IMG/VR virus record: IMGVR_UViG_3300037424_001811
Coordinates: 1-44,678 of that record
DNA from: a virus
Taxonomy: Duplodnaviria; Caudoviricetes
Strand: one strand, 5' to 3'
DNA length: 44,678 nt
This document shows, one piece after another, positions 24,993 to 33,702 of this stretch. A program made the translations under genes and the position numbers. The first letter of the stretch is position 1. Every line of letters starts with the position of its first letter. The notes beneath the pieces were generated by a model. That model saw nothing but the letters and a program-made list of their open reading frames with translations, was not told where the DNA came from and searched no databases.

Positions 24993-26303
24993 CTAAACCG
25001 GCAATCTGCATACAGTCGTGGCCTTGATCGGCCCATCGCTCGTGTCATAAATCGTCCTAAAGGCCAATTCCACCCCCTGAGCCACGCCCTGGCGGTTACG
25101 GGTGTAGTCCTGGAAGGTGGTTTGGGTCATCTCCAGGAGGAGCTTATACGGCGTGGTGCCCTGGATGAAAAACGGGGTCAGAAAGGTCAGCTCCCAATTT
25201 TCGACCGTAGAATTGCGGTACGAGGTCCAGCGGGTGTTGTCGCCCGGCAGGAGGGTGATCGTTCCAAATACCTCGACCTCCCCCTCCACCTTGCCGCTCG
25301 GATTTTGCGCCCCGCTCGACACCGCGTAGAGCGATGTGTTTGGCTGGATCGTGATCTGCATGGCCGCCACCTCCGCATTGGCCGCCCCGCCAATCGTCAC
25401 CGCCCCGGTCCACCCGGCGAAGGGCCGGTACAGTTTGGCCGCATCGTTGGCGAAGGCGCCCGCCGTCGTCGGCGTGCCGTACAGCCCCTGGACCGTGGCG
25501 TTGCACATGAGCATATTTTCCGGTGCGCTGCGGTCGTAGCTCAGTACCAATGTGGGTACAATACAGCCGGGGAAATATTCGGAATTGCCGCTACCTGCCT
25601 CGGTCCGCCCGCCCTGCTCGATGACCAGGCTGGGCGTCGTCGTGCCGATCGTGTGGACATTGGTCACATATTTGACCCCGGCCACCGTTACCATCCCCAG
25701 CGTTACGCTCCCCGCGATAGTGAATGTCACCGTCGGCGCATAAGCGCCTTTACTATAATAGACCCCGTCCACCGTAGCGACGTTGGTCCCAATAGTAATC
25801 GTTTCCTGGATCACAGCCCCGACCAGGATATTGATCACCGCGCCGCTGGCCGCCGTGCTGCTGGCTATGGTGAATTTGAGCTGTTCTGTGCCGGTCGGTT
25901 GAGCCGATAGCGTAGCCAGCGAAGCAAACGCAGTTGATGCCTGCGCCGCCGTGCCCGCCTCCTCGGTTCGCTGCACCGTGCCGAACACGGCCCGAAAAAT
26001 CCGGTCGGTCAATTCGGGATAGAACCCAAATTCCAGGTTGCCCAGCTCCACCGGATACGCCCCGGCCACCGGCAGCGCCGCGTTCATTGCCCGCGTGCCG
26101 GCCATTGTCATCGGGTAGATAATGGTCGATTTCGGTTGCAGGCCGTCGGACTCTTTGTTGACCGGCAATTCAAACCAGCCGTTGGCTCCGCCGCCCTGGG
26201 CCGCCGCGATATTCCAAGCCGTGCCCCCGGCCGGTGTGGCGGCGTTAAATGACGCCTCGGAGCGATAGCGAAAAAATCGAGTAAAGAGAGCTTGTGCGGT
26301 CAT
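24993..26303 (-). CDS. Major tail tube protein with inserted domain
   Basis: Position before chaperones/TMP; beta-rich; central Thr/Ala/Gly-rich insertion. Confidence 0.72.
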   Translation of the reverse strand: MTAQALFTRFFRYRSEASFNAATPAGGTAWNIAAAQGGGANGWFELPVNKESDGLQPKSTIIYPMTMAGTRAMNAALPVAGAYPVELGNLEFGFYPELTDRIFRAVFGTVQRTEEAGTAAQASTAFASLATLSAQPTGTEQLKFTIASSTAASGAVINILVGAVIQETITIGTNVATVDGVYYSKGAYAPTVTFTIAGSVTLGMVTVAGVKYVTNVHTIGTTTPSLVIEQGGRTEAGSGNSEYFPGCIVPTLVLSYDRSAPENMLMCNATVQGLYGTPTTAGAFANDAAKLYRPFAGWTGAVTIGGAANAEVAAMQITIQPNTSLYAVSSGAQNPSGKVEGEVEVFGTITLLPGDNTRWTSYRNSTVENWELTFLTPFFIQGTTPYKLLLEMTQTTFQDYTRNRQGVAQGVELAFRTIYDTSDGPIKATTVCRLPV

Positions 26304-26533
26304 TAGTTAGTATCTCCTTCGTCGGTCAGGATTGCGGTTTCGCCGAGTTTGGCTTCAATCCCCCGGCGCTTTTTGCCGGTCGCCTCGCCGATCTGGGCGG
26401 CCAGCTCCCCGCCGTGTTTTTCGGCCAGCAAAATCTCCGCCTCATCGCCGATCTCGGCCTCATGATTGATTATCTGAATGACGGTATACCCGTCCGTAAT
26501 TTGCCCGTTTTCGATCTCAAATCGATATTTCAT
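26303..26533 (-). CDS. Hypothetical protein
   Basis: Coupled to both neighbours. Confidence 0.65.
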   Translation of the reverse strand: MKYRFEIENGQITDGYTVIQIINHEAEIGDEAEILLAEKHGGELAAQIGEATGKKRRGIEAKLGETAILTDEGDTN

Positions 26534-26949
26534 CGCCGTAATTTCTCCTCTACAATTTCAGACACTTTCTCCTGGATTTCCTGCTCCACCTCATCCCGCG
26601 ATTTCCAGCGCCCCCGGTGGATCGGCGCCTGCTCCTGCCGTGTCCCCAGCACAAATTTGCCATAGCGCGCCTTGCCTTCGTCCACCGACCACACCCCGGA
26701 AATATCCGGCAGTTTATCGCCGGTCCGCTCCGTCTGGCTGGCGTCACGGAGGTCGAACGTCCGCCGGTATCGGCTGCCGCCGGGCAGGGCCGGGAAATTG
26801 GAGGAGGTGTATTTGTGGATTTGGGCCAACTCAACCAGACGTAGCAATTCGTCCACCGTCTCGTTCAGCCCGGCCTCCAGCCAATCTACCCCGTTCTCGA
26901 CAGCCGCGGTTGCCCCGATCACCTTATAGGTAACGACAACATTAACCAC
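26530..26949 (-). CDS. Neck/tail completion protein (HK97 gp10-like)
   Basis: YRRTFDLRDAS...YGKFVLG pattern; position. Confidence 0.55.
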   Translation of the reverse strand: MVNVVVTYKVIGATAAVENGVDWLEAGLNETVDELLRLVELAQIHKYTSSNFPALPGGSRYRRTFDLRDASQTERTGDKLPDISGVWSVDEGKARYGKFVLGTRQEQAPIHRGRWKSRDEVEQEIQEKVSEIVEEKLRR

Positions 26950-27511
26950 CGGCAGCCTCCAGCGCTTCCAGCCGGCTGTCGATATTCGTTACCCATTGCT
27001 CCAGCGCGGCCAGCCGCTCACTATCAGATCTGAACCCCACCCGGCGCAATTGAAACGTCAAGTGCAGGCCGGTGTGGTCGCTGAGCATGCCCAACCCGGT
27101 GGCCACATCGCTGGAATATTCCGGCGTGAAGATGTAGACCGTCACCCCGCCGGGTTGCCCGGCCTTGACGACATCACCCTGCACCTGATCGATCTGGCCG
27201 CTGCCCTGGGTGGGGACAATGAACGCCCGCTGGGGCGCGGGGGGCCGCCATAGAAAATCAGGAGTCAGGGTATAGAACTTTGCAGTTGAATAGGAAAACA
27301 CCACGGGGACATTCGGCATGGCCCTGCCGTTTTCGTCCAATACCAGGACGGTGATCCGCTGCCCCTCGAAACTCGCCGCCTCAGTCCGCCGGGCGGCCAC
27401 CAACCGAAAAACGCCGTTGGCGGTTGGTTCTGCAGGGATGACCTGGGCCAGCCAATCGCGTTGGATGTCAACGGGGAGCTGGGTTAAAGGTTCGTTTATT
27501 CCGATTTCCAT
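26942..27511 (-). CDS. Hypothetical protein with Ig/transthyretin-like strand pattern and C-terminal coiled coil
   Basis: ITVLVLDENGRAMPNVPVVF; ERLAALEQW...RLEALE. Confidence 0.65.
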   Translation of the reverse strand: MEIGINEPLTQLPVDIQRDWLAQVIPAEPTANGVFRLVAARRTEAASFEGQRITVLVLDENGRAMPNVPVVFSYSTAKFYTLTPDFLWRPPAPQRAFIVPTQGSGQIDQVQGDVVKAGQPGGVTVYIFTPEYSSDVATGLGMLSDHTGLHLTFQLRRVGFRSDSERLAALEQWVTNIDSRLEALEAAGG

Positions 27512-27618
27512 AATCTCTCCAATCCCTCGACGTACTCCGCCGCGCTAACCTCGCGTTTACCCCTCCAGGCCATCAGCCACAGCCAGGCCCGGATAACCCT
27601 GGACTTAATGGCCATCAT
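27496..27618 (-). CDS. Small hypothetical protein (40 aa)
   Basis: Manual translation MMAIKSRVIRAWLWLMAWRGKREVSAAEYVEGLERLWKSE; TGATG coupling. Confidence 0.45.
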   Translation of the reverse strand: MMAIKSRVIRAWLWLMAWRGKREVSAAEYVEGLERLWKSE

Positions 27619-28103
27619 CAGATACTCGGCAAACTATGCTGCTGCTGGACCATCGCGCGGCAGTAGACGCCCCAAAACGTCTGCCCGCTCAGCCAGCCCA
27701 TCGGCCCGATCTGCGAGGTGAACAGCCCCGCGTCATTGCCGATGTCCAGCGCCGTCCCGCCCAACCCCCGGTTATCAAAAAACACCGTCGCGGCGGCCAG
27801 CAGCCACGCCTGCGCGCTCGCTTCGTCGGCGGCGCTCACGTCGTCGCGGGTGGCAAATGGGGCAATACAGATCATTACCTCCGCCGGCCAAATGTGATAG
27901 CCGACGCCCTGGCTCGCGGGCCGCCACACCCCATTCTCGTTGAGCACCTGGGCGCACAAAACAAACGGAAACGTCTCATAACTCACGCTCGCCCGATCCG
28001 CTGGCCAGGCCCACACCCGCGTACCCAAACTCACGCCTGCGGGCGGAGCGATGGTCAAAAACACCGCCCGCAGCGCCGCCACAGCCTCAACAACCGTACT
28101 CAT
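27618..28103 (-). CDS. Putative tail terminator
   Basis: 161 aa in neck region; FFDNRGLGGTA motif. Confidence 0.55.
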   Translation of the reverse strand: MSTVVEAVAALRAVFLTIAPPAGVSLGTRVWAWPADRASVSYETFPFVLCAQVLNENGVWRPASQGVGYHIWPAEVMICIAPFATRDDVSAADEASAQAWLLAAATVFFDNRGLGGTALDIGNDAGLFTSQIGPMGWLSGQTFWGVYCRAMVQQQHSLPSI

Positions 28104-28130
28104 CTAAACCTCGGAAATTCCGACGTTTCC

Positions 28131-28162
28131 CATTGACAATTGACAATTGACCATTGACAATT
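28131..28162. repeat. Heptamer tandem repeat (attgaca/attgacc)
   Basis: cattgacaattgacaattgaccattgacaatt; same unit in frame inside ThiF at 42739-42770. Confidence 0.8.
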
Positions 28163-28164
28163 CT

Positions 28165-28596
28165 TCACTTCCCCCGCCGTCCTGTCGCCAGCGCGAACAT
28201 CGTCGGCATATTCGGCGTCTCATCCGCCGGCGTGACGATATCGGCTAGCTCCGCCGTGGCCAGCGCCCGCAGTTCCGCCGCCCGCTCCGCCGGATCGTAG
28301 GTCTGCCGGCTGTAGGACATATCGCGGGTGCTCACGTTCAGCGAGGTGATGCGCACCGCCGCCGGCGCCAGCCGGGCCGCGCAAAAGTAAATCGCCGCCC
28401 GGGTGATTTTGACCTGCTCCACCGCAACAGCATTACTGGCCGCCGTCGGGTAGATGCCGACCACATCCTGGATTGCCGCCGCCTTGTAGATCGTCCGGTC
28501 CAACATCGTATCCGGGATGTCACCGCTGGTCAACTTCGTGTCCAGGGCAGCCAGGACGGCCGGGTAGTCGGTTGTGGTCAGGATTTCCCAGGGCAT
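28165..28596 (-). CDS. Head-tail connector/adaptor
   Basis: Helical 143-aa protein downstream of capsid; AAIYFCAARL. Confidence 0.6.
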   Translation of the reverse strand: MPWEILTTTDYPAVLAALDTKLTSGDIPDTMLDRTIYKAAAIQDVVGIYPTAASNAVAVEQVKITRAAIYFCAARLAPAAVRITSLNVSTRDMSYSRQTYDPAERAAELRALATAELADIVTPADETPNMPTMFALATGRRGK

Positions 28597-28862
28597 TACT
28601 TGCGCCCCTTTGGTTTGACCGGGGCAACTTGTTTCGCCTGGATGATTTTCTCACCCCTGCTCCCCCGCTCCCCCGCTCCCCCGCTCTCTACCACCACCAC
28701 CAACCGCCCCTCCTGTATTGCCGCGCGGACCCCCGCCGTATCGCCCGCCTGGTGCTCCTGGTCGTCGGTGATGAATATCTCACCGTCGGGGTGAGCAGGA
28801 TGACGCTCCCAGAACGCCACCCGATCTTTTGCTAAGCCGGATTTGACGGTAATCATGAGCAT
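28596..28862 (-). CDS. Hypothetical head-associated protein
   Basis: AAGGAG RBS; basic C-terminus; contains octamer repeat ccccgctc. Confidence 0.65.
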   Translation of the reverse strand: MLMITVKSGLAKDRVAFWERHPAHPDGEIFITDDQEHQAGDTAGVRAAIQEGRLVVVVESGGAGERGSRGEKIIQAKQVAPVKPKGRK

Positions 28863-28866
28863 CTCC

Positions 28867-29727
28867 TTACGGCGTGCCGATGATACAATACGACACCGCC
28901 GCACCCTCTTCAGACGCCGTGGGGGTAGCATTGCTGGTCCAGACAGAAACCGTCACTACCCCGGAGGCGTTGATCGTCGAGCACGTTTGGCTGGCCCCGG
29001 TCGGGTCCTGGTTCAGACTGCACCAGGGCACAACCGGCGTAGCGATAGCCGTAGTTGAGGAGGTTAGGGCCAGGGTTCCGGTAAAGGTGGAAGCATTGCA
29101 ATACACCCGCTGGCCGGCTGTGCCGTATTGCAGCACCAGGCCGGTAATAGTCCCACCGTTATTGACGGTAAAAACCGGTGTGGCAGCATCTCTGACTTCA
29201 AAAATAGTTGATACACCCAGGCTATCCACCACCATCGCCGGCGTAGCTGTGGCGATAGCCGTCGGCGCGGCGATTTTACCCCAGTTGTTGACCGTCTGGC
29301 CGCCGCTATGCGTGCCCGCCCCGGTCGATGACCAGGCCCCGCCGTTATTGATTGTAAAAACAGGCGTAGCGGCGTCGCGGACCTCCAGCAGGTTACTGCC
29401 GGCGGCCAGGCTGTCGATCAACGCCGCCGGGGTTGCGGTTGTGGCCGCCGTCGGCTGCCCGACGATAAGGTTATTTAGCGTTGCTCCCTGGGTCAGAATA
29501 GTCGAAGCGACGATCCCGCCGCCGTTGTTAATGCTAAAAACCGGCGTGCCGCCATCGGAAAACTCAACAATTTTACCCGCGCCCTGCTGGTTGACCCTAA
29601 GCGCGGGTATTGCCGTCGGGTTGGCATCCTGGATATGGACCGCCCCGAAATTCGTCACTGCCAACACCGGCACAAACGCCACCAGGATCACGGATAGTAT
29701 GAATAGCAAGCCCAGTTTCAATTTCAT
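28867..29727 (-). CDS. Repeat-containing fibre-like protein with N-terminal signal peptide
   Basis: MKLKLGLLFILSVILVAFVPVLA; three repeats of E(V/F)xDxxTPVF(T/S)(I/V)NNGG. Confidence 0.72.
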   Translation of the reverse strand: MKLKLGLLFILSVILVAFVPVLAVTNFGAVHIQDANPTAIPALRVNQQGAGKIVEFSDGGTPVFSINNGGGIVASTILTQGATLNNLIVGQPTAATTATPAALIDSLAAGSNLLEVRDAATPVFTINNGGAWSSTGAGTHSGGQTVNNWGKIAAPTAIATATPAMVVDSLGVSTIFEVRDAATPVFTVNNGGTITGLVLQYGTAGQRVYCNASTFTGTLALTSSTTAIATPVVPWCSLNQDPTGASQTCSTINASGVVTVSVWTSNATPTASEEGAAVSYCIIGTP

Positions 29728-29773
29728 AAGATATTTTCTCCTTACTTCCTACTTCCTACTCCCTACTCCCCGC

Positions 29774-30979
29774 TTAGGCGTTGACCGTCAGCGTCTTGAC
29801 CCCATTGGCGTCCATAATGGCATAACCGTCCATCTCGGTCATCGTCATAATTTGAGTCTGGTTGGTGATGAACCGCTCCATCTCGGCAATCTCCCCGCCG
29901 ATTTCCGTTACCTGCTCCACCGCAAAGCGCCGGTCGAAACCCAGGATCACGTTGGCCGTGGCGTCGCTGGTCCAGCCGTAGCGCACGCTGTCGCTGGTCA
30001 CGTTGATCGGGGTCAGCCCCTGGACCATCCCGCCCATATTCGCCCCCACCAGGGGCACATTGGCGCTGCCCACATTGAGCAAGGCCAGCTTCAGCGCGTC
30101 AGCCTCCTGCATCAGCGCCGTGGTCAGGATATAGGGGTTGACGAACTTCATCTTGAACGCCAGCCACGCCTTCAGAGTCAGCGTCCCGGCGATGGTGTCG
30201 CTGTCCAGGGTGGTCAGGTTGTAATTAGTGGGGGTGGTGCCGCTGTTGCCGTCGCCGTTGAGCAGAGTGTAGATCACGGCGGCCACTTTATCCATCTCGG
30301 CCTGCATCGCCATGTAAGCGATTTGCAACGCCAGTTTATCGACCCGCATCCGGCGCATTTGCTCATACGACGCCTGCAATGCCCGCCCGAATTTCTTGAG
30401 CTGGATCGTTCGCTCCGCGTCGGTCAGTTTGGCAACCGGTATCTCCGCCGACTCGCCTACCCGGAATTTCCGCAACTGCTCGGCGCTGTAGGCCATGTAA
30501 AACGCCCGATAATCCTGCCCCTCAATCGGCGTGGTCATCGCCACCAATTCCGACAGCGGGATTGCCGGCGCGAGTTGGAAATCCCAGCGCGCCTGCTGCG
30601 CCTCGGCATAGGGCCGCTGCCACGAGCCGGGCGTGCCGTCGCTGCTCAGGTAAATAGCCCGCCGGCCAAAACTCACCTTGCGCCATTCGCGGGCGAAAAA
30701 CTCGGTGTAAAGCGTGCGGTTGGCCGGCCCGTCCATAAACGTGCTGGCCTTCGAGGCCCAATAACCCGCCGCCGGATCACTGCGGGTCACAATCCCCGCC
30801 TCTTTCAGACATCGCTCAAAGGCATCCAACTTGTCGTCGCTCTCGCTGGGGCTGTTGATTTCCAGCCAGCGGCTTAAATTGAGACCCTTTTTGTAGCCCT
30901 CGCCGATGAACGTCACCGCCTCGGTGGCGCTGTTTAGCCGGGCCAACAGGTCTCTGGTACTGAGAATTTGTTGCTCCAT
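29774..30979 (-). CDS. Major capsid protein (HK97-like fold inferred)
   Basis: 401 aa; RVGESAEIP, LKKFGRALQASYE, LLNGDG; position after protease/decoration. Confidence 0.85.
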   Translation of the reverse strand: MEQQILSTRDLLARLNSATEAVTFIGEGYKKGLNLSRWLEINSPSESDDKLDAFERCLKEAGIVTRSDPAAGYWASKASTFMDGPANRTLYTEFFAREWRKVSFGRRAIYLSSDGTPGSWQRPYAEAQQARWDFQLAPAIPLSELVAMTTPIEGQDYRAFYMAYSAEQLRKFRVGESAEIPVAKLTDAERTIQLKKFGRALQASYEQMRRMRVDKLALQIAYMAMQAEMDKVAAVIYTLLNGDGNSGTTPTNYNLTTLDSDTIAGTLTLKAWLAFKMKFVNPYILTTALMQEADALKLALLNVGSANVPLVGANMGGMVQGLTPINVTSDSVRYGWTSDATANVILGFDRRFAVEQVTEIGGEIAEMERFITNQTQIMTMTEMDGYAIMDANGVKTLTVNA

Positions 30980-31011
30980 AGTTATTTATTCCTCCGTTTT
31001 CTTTCTGGACC

Positions 31012-31449
31012 TTAGCCCAAATCTACCACTACGGCGGTCGTGGTCGTAGGATCGATAATTTTACCTCTCGCGTGCCCCAACTCCGCCGCCGTTGCCGTCG
31101 CCACCTCGCGGATATAGCCCTCCGCCGCCGAGGCATTGACTGCGCCCACGATATGTTCACCTTCGGTTAGCCCGGCCCCATTGCCGGCGGGCAAGGTACA
31201 ATAACCGGCAGTCTGCACGACGCCAAAATTGTCCTTTGTTACCTCGATGAGTTTGCCCAGCACGAATTCCCCATCGGCCGCTGTCTCAATCGTGTTCTGA
31301 GTGCCCGCCTTTAGCGTGACCGCCAGTCCCACTTTTGAGCTGCCGTTGGCTACGGTCGCGCTGTAGGTGATGGTCGAGGCATCGATTTTGAACGTTTCCG
31401 CCCGGTAGCCAATTCCCTCAAACCGGACATCTGCTCTCGGATCAGCCAT
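31012..31449 (-). CDS. Head decoration/cement protein
   Basis: 145-aa Gly/Ala/Thr-rich beta protein between scaffold and MCP. Confidence 0.68.
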   Translation of the reverse strand: MADPRADVRFEGIGYRAETFKIDASTITYSATVANGSSKVGLAVTLKAGTQNTIETAADGEFVLGKLIEVTKDNFGVVQTAGYCTLPAGNGAGLTEGEHIVGAVNASAAEGYIREVATATAAELGHARGKIIDPTTTTAVVVDLG

Positions 31450-31475
31450 AATATAAAATCCTCCTTGCTAATAGA

Positions 31476-32723
31476 TTAACTCTTGTAGGCGCTGTCCGGT
31501 ACAATCGCCGGGGTTGCCTGTCGTTTCGTTGACTGTTCGTCCACCGTCTGCCGCTCGCCGGGGAACCGCTGCGCCGCCTGCTCCTGCCATTTCGTCCGCA
31601 GCAGCTTGATCTCCTCCAGGCCGGCCCGGGCGAACATCTGGCGGTACGTCTCCGCTGGGAACGCCTCGCCCATCGCCCGCACACCCTCGGCCAGGGCGTC
31701 AGCGACCAGGTCCTCGCGGTATTGCCGCCCCTCGTCGGCCAGCGGCGCGAGCCGGGCATTCTCGCCTACCAGCCAGCGCACGGCCTCCACTACCGGCCCT
31801 TCCGGCGCGCCGGCCTCGCTGGCCAGGGCGCGGATTTGGTCTAACTCGTCCATATTAGTAGTCCTTTCATCTGCTAGATTAGGGGTAACATTGGCCCCCC
31901 GCCAATTCTCCGGCGGCATCGGCAGGCGCACCCGATAGCGCGCCTCGATAGCCGCCGCCTGTTTCCGGGTCAATCGCCCGGCCTCCGCCTCTTGCTCCGC
32001 CTTGCGGACCACAACCGCGTTAGGCGTCGCCCCGGCGTAGACCGCCGAATATTCAAAAAGGTGAGCGTTGTTAATACTGACCGTGGCCATAATCGTGGCC
32101 GCCTGTCCGGCTCGCTCGATGTCATAGGTAAACCCGGCGACGTGCATACACTCCCAGCTAAAATATCGTGCCCCGCACACATCGCACGTTTCCGCCCCGC
32201 CGCCGTAGCCGATAGATACCTCCTCGACCATTCCCGTCTCGACGGCCTGGATAAAATCGTCGGTCGAAGCGAAGCTGAGATTATTTAATTTTATGCCGGG
32301 GATGATGAACGCCGCCGACAGCACCCGTTCGTACTGCGCCGGCTGGGGGATGGCAAAAGTATACTCCGCACTGCCCCGCCGGGGCGGACGGTCCCAGCCG
32401 GGCGGTGTCCCCGGTTCGGTATCGTAGCGCCCAAAGAGGCTACGCCCGTAGCCCAGTCTGAATGTATTATGGCTGTCCTGGAGGCTCACCCCGTCGTCGG
32501 CATCGGCGGCGTAGTTTTGCAGGGAGGTAGTCAGCATGTGGGTGAAATAATGGTCAAGGGAGTTATTGGAGATCTCCGTTTTCAGAAAATACGGCTGCTC
32601 CGCCGGGCTGTCGGGCAAGCGGTCCCGATAACGGGCAGTGAGTTCGGCCTTGCTGGGAAATAGGCCGGCCAGGGGGTTTTGCCCGCCGACTACCCGGGCC
32701 GGAAAATAGAACAGTTGCTCCAT
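31476..32723 (-). CDS. Prohead protease-scaffold fusion
   Basis: DSH, EVSIG, CDVCG...CMH, EYSAVYAGA protease motifs; helical C-terminal scaffold. Confidence 0.8.
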   Translation of the reverse strand: MEQLFYFPARVVGGQNPLAGLFPSKAELTARYRDRLPDSPAEQPYFLKTEISNNSLDHYFTHMLTTSLQNYAADADDGVSLQDSHNTFRLGYGRSLFGRYDTEPGTPPGWDRPPRRGSAEYTFAIPQPAQYERVLSAAFIIPGIKLNNLSFASTDDFIQAVETGMVEEVSIGYGGGAETCDVCGARYFSWECMHVAGFTYDIERAGQAATIMATVSINNAHLFEYSAVYAGATPNAVVVRKAEQEAEAGRLTRKQAAAIEARYRVRLPMPPENWRGANVTPNLADERTTNMDELDQIRALASEAGAPEGPVVEAVRWLVGENARLAPLADEGRQYREDLVADALAEGVRAMGEAFPAETYRQMFARAGLEEIKLLRTKWQEQAAQRFPGERQTVDEQSTKRQATPAIVPDSAYKS

Positions 32724-33184
32724 CACTCCCTCCTTAGCGTGGCTGTAATCGTGCTCGTGCTGGCGCTCACCGCCGACACCTCGCAAAATCGGCCCGCGTC
32801 CCCGGTAGGGGCTACGGTGGTATAGCTGATGGTATCCGTCGCCACGCCGTTAAGCGCCATAAAGCCGCTGGTAAAATTCGGCGTTGTCAGCCCGTCGCGC
32901 AGCTCCACCGTGACCGTCACCGCTCCGTCGCTGGCCGTCGCGTTGTGGATGACCAGCGTTTTACGCCCCACCGAGCCGCCGCCCTGCCCGCAGGCCACGA
33001 CCTGGCTCTGGGCCGTGGTCGTGATCGTCGCCCCGGTCCACAGCGCCGATTGCTGGCCGGGGTCACCGGATTGGTTGGCGGGGATGAAGGCCAGCAGGGA
33101 AAAGACAATAAACAGGCCGGATAGGCTAAAAAAAAGCGGGAAAACGATCTGAGTTTTGAGAGACTTTTTGCTTAAAAATAGCAT
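32723..33184 (-). CDS. Beta-sandwich-like protein with N-terminal hydrophobic/signal segment
   Basis: KKSLKTQIVFPLFFSLSGLFIVFSLLAFIPA then Thr-rich strands; GAGGTG RBS. Confidence 0.68.
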   Translation of the reverse strand: MLFLSKKSLKTQIVFPLFFSLSGLFIVFSLLAFIPANQSGDPGQQSALWTGATITTTAQSQVVACGQGGGSVGRKTLVIHNATASDGAVTVTVELRDGLTTPNFTSGFMALNGVATDTISYTTVAPTGDAGRFCEVSAVSASTSTITATLRRE

Positions 33185-33199
33185 CGTCACCTCGCGGGA

Positions 33200-33307
33200 A
33201 ATAAAAAAAGCGCCCGTCGGGACGCTTCTGCGTTCTTTGGGGCGCTTATGCGCTGCATATATTAGGTTGGCCCATTTAGTGTATCACATCTATGGGTCGC
33301 TTGTCAA
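33200..33307 (-). promoter_or_regulatory. Promoter followed by intrinsic terminator upstream of head genes (attenuated late leader)
   Basis: TTGACA(33307-02)-18-TACACT(33283-78); aagcgccc...gggcgctt + T run (33247-33203). Confidence 0.65.
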
Positions 33308-33505
33308 TCCCCCGTCATCCAATTGAGCCAGATCGACCAGGGTTTTTTGCCCCCGGCGCTGCACCTCGATCAATTTCCGCTCCGGGTCGTACAGAAACAG
33401 CAGCCAGCCCGTTCCCGGCTCCCTTACCGGGATAAACCCCCGTCGCCCCGGCCCCTGGCCCCCGGTCCCTGCGCCCGTGATCGCCGCCGACAGTTTTTCT
33501 CTCAT
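33290..33505 (-). CDS. Hypothetical protein
   Basis: WLLFLYDPERKLIEVQRRG; ATGA overlap. Confidence 0.6.
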   Translation of the reverse strand: MREKLSAAITGAGTGGQGPGRRGFIPVREPGTGWLLFLYDPERKLIEVQRRGQKTLVDLAQLDDGGLTSDP

Positions 33506-33702
33506 AGCGGCCTCGTTTTGCGGGGGTCAAATCGTTCTCCCTTTAGCGGGGGTATCTCCCCCTGATCGTCCAAAACGATATTGACAAGCAATATCCGCCC
33601 CGCTTCGTCCTGGATAGGCTGCAATTTCAGCCGCCCGCTCTCCAGGCCCTCTCTGAGCCATTCCAGCAGCCTCTCCTGGCTAGGTTTAGGTTGTGTGTCC
33701 AT
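33502..33702 (-). CDS. Hypothetical protein
   Basis: GGAGG RBS; overlaps portal end. Confidence 0.6.
   Translation of the reverse strand: MDTQPKPSQERLLEWLREGLESGRLKLQPIQDEAGRILLVNIVLDDQGEIPPLKGERFDPRKTRPL

Noticed and set aside
29150-29570. Repeated DNA segments in the fibre-like gene as possible array or DGR template
   Set aside because: In-frame protein repeats with synonymous divergence; no reverse transcriptase in the genome
28874-30877. 667-aa plus-strand ORF
   Set aside because: Antisense shadow of the capsid and fibre genes in GC-rich DNA; no motifs
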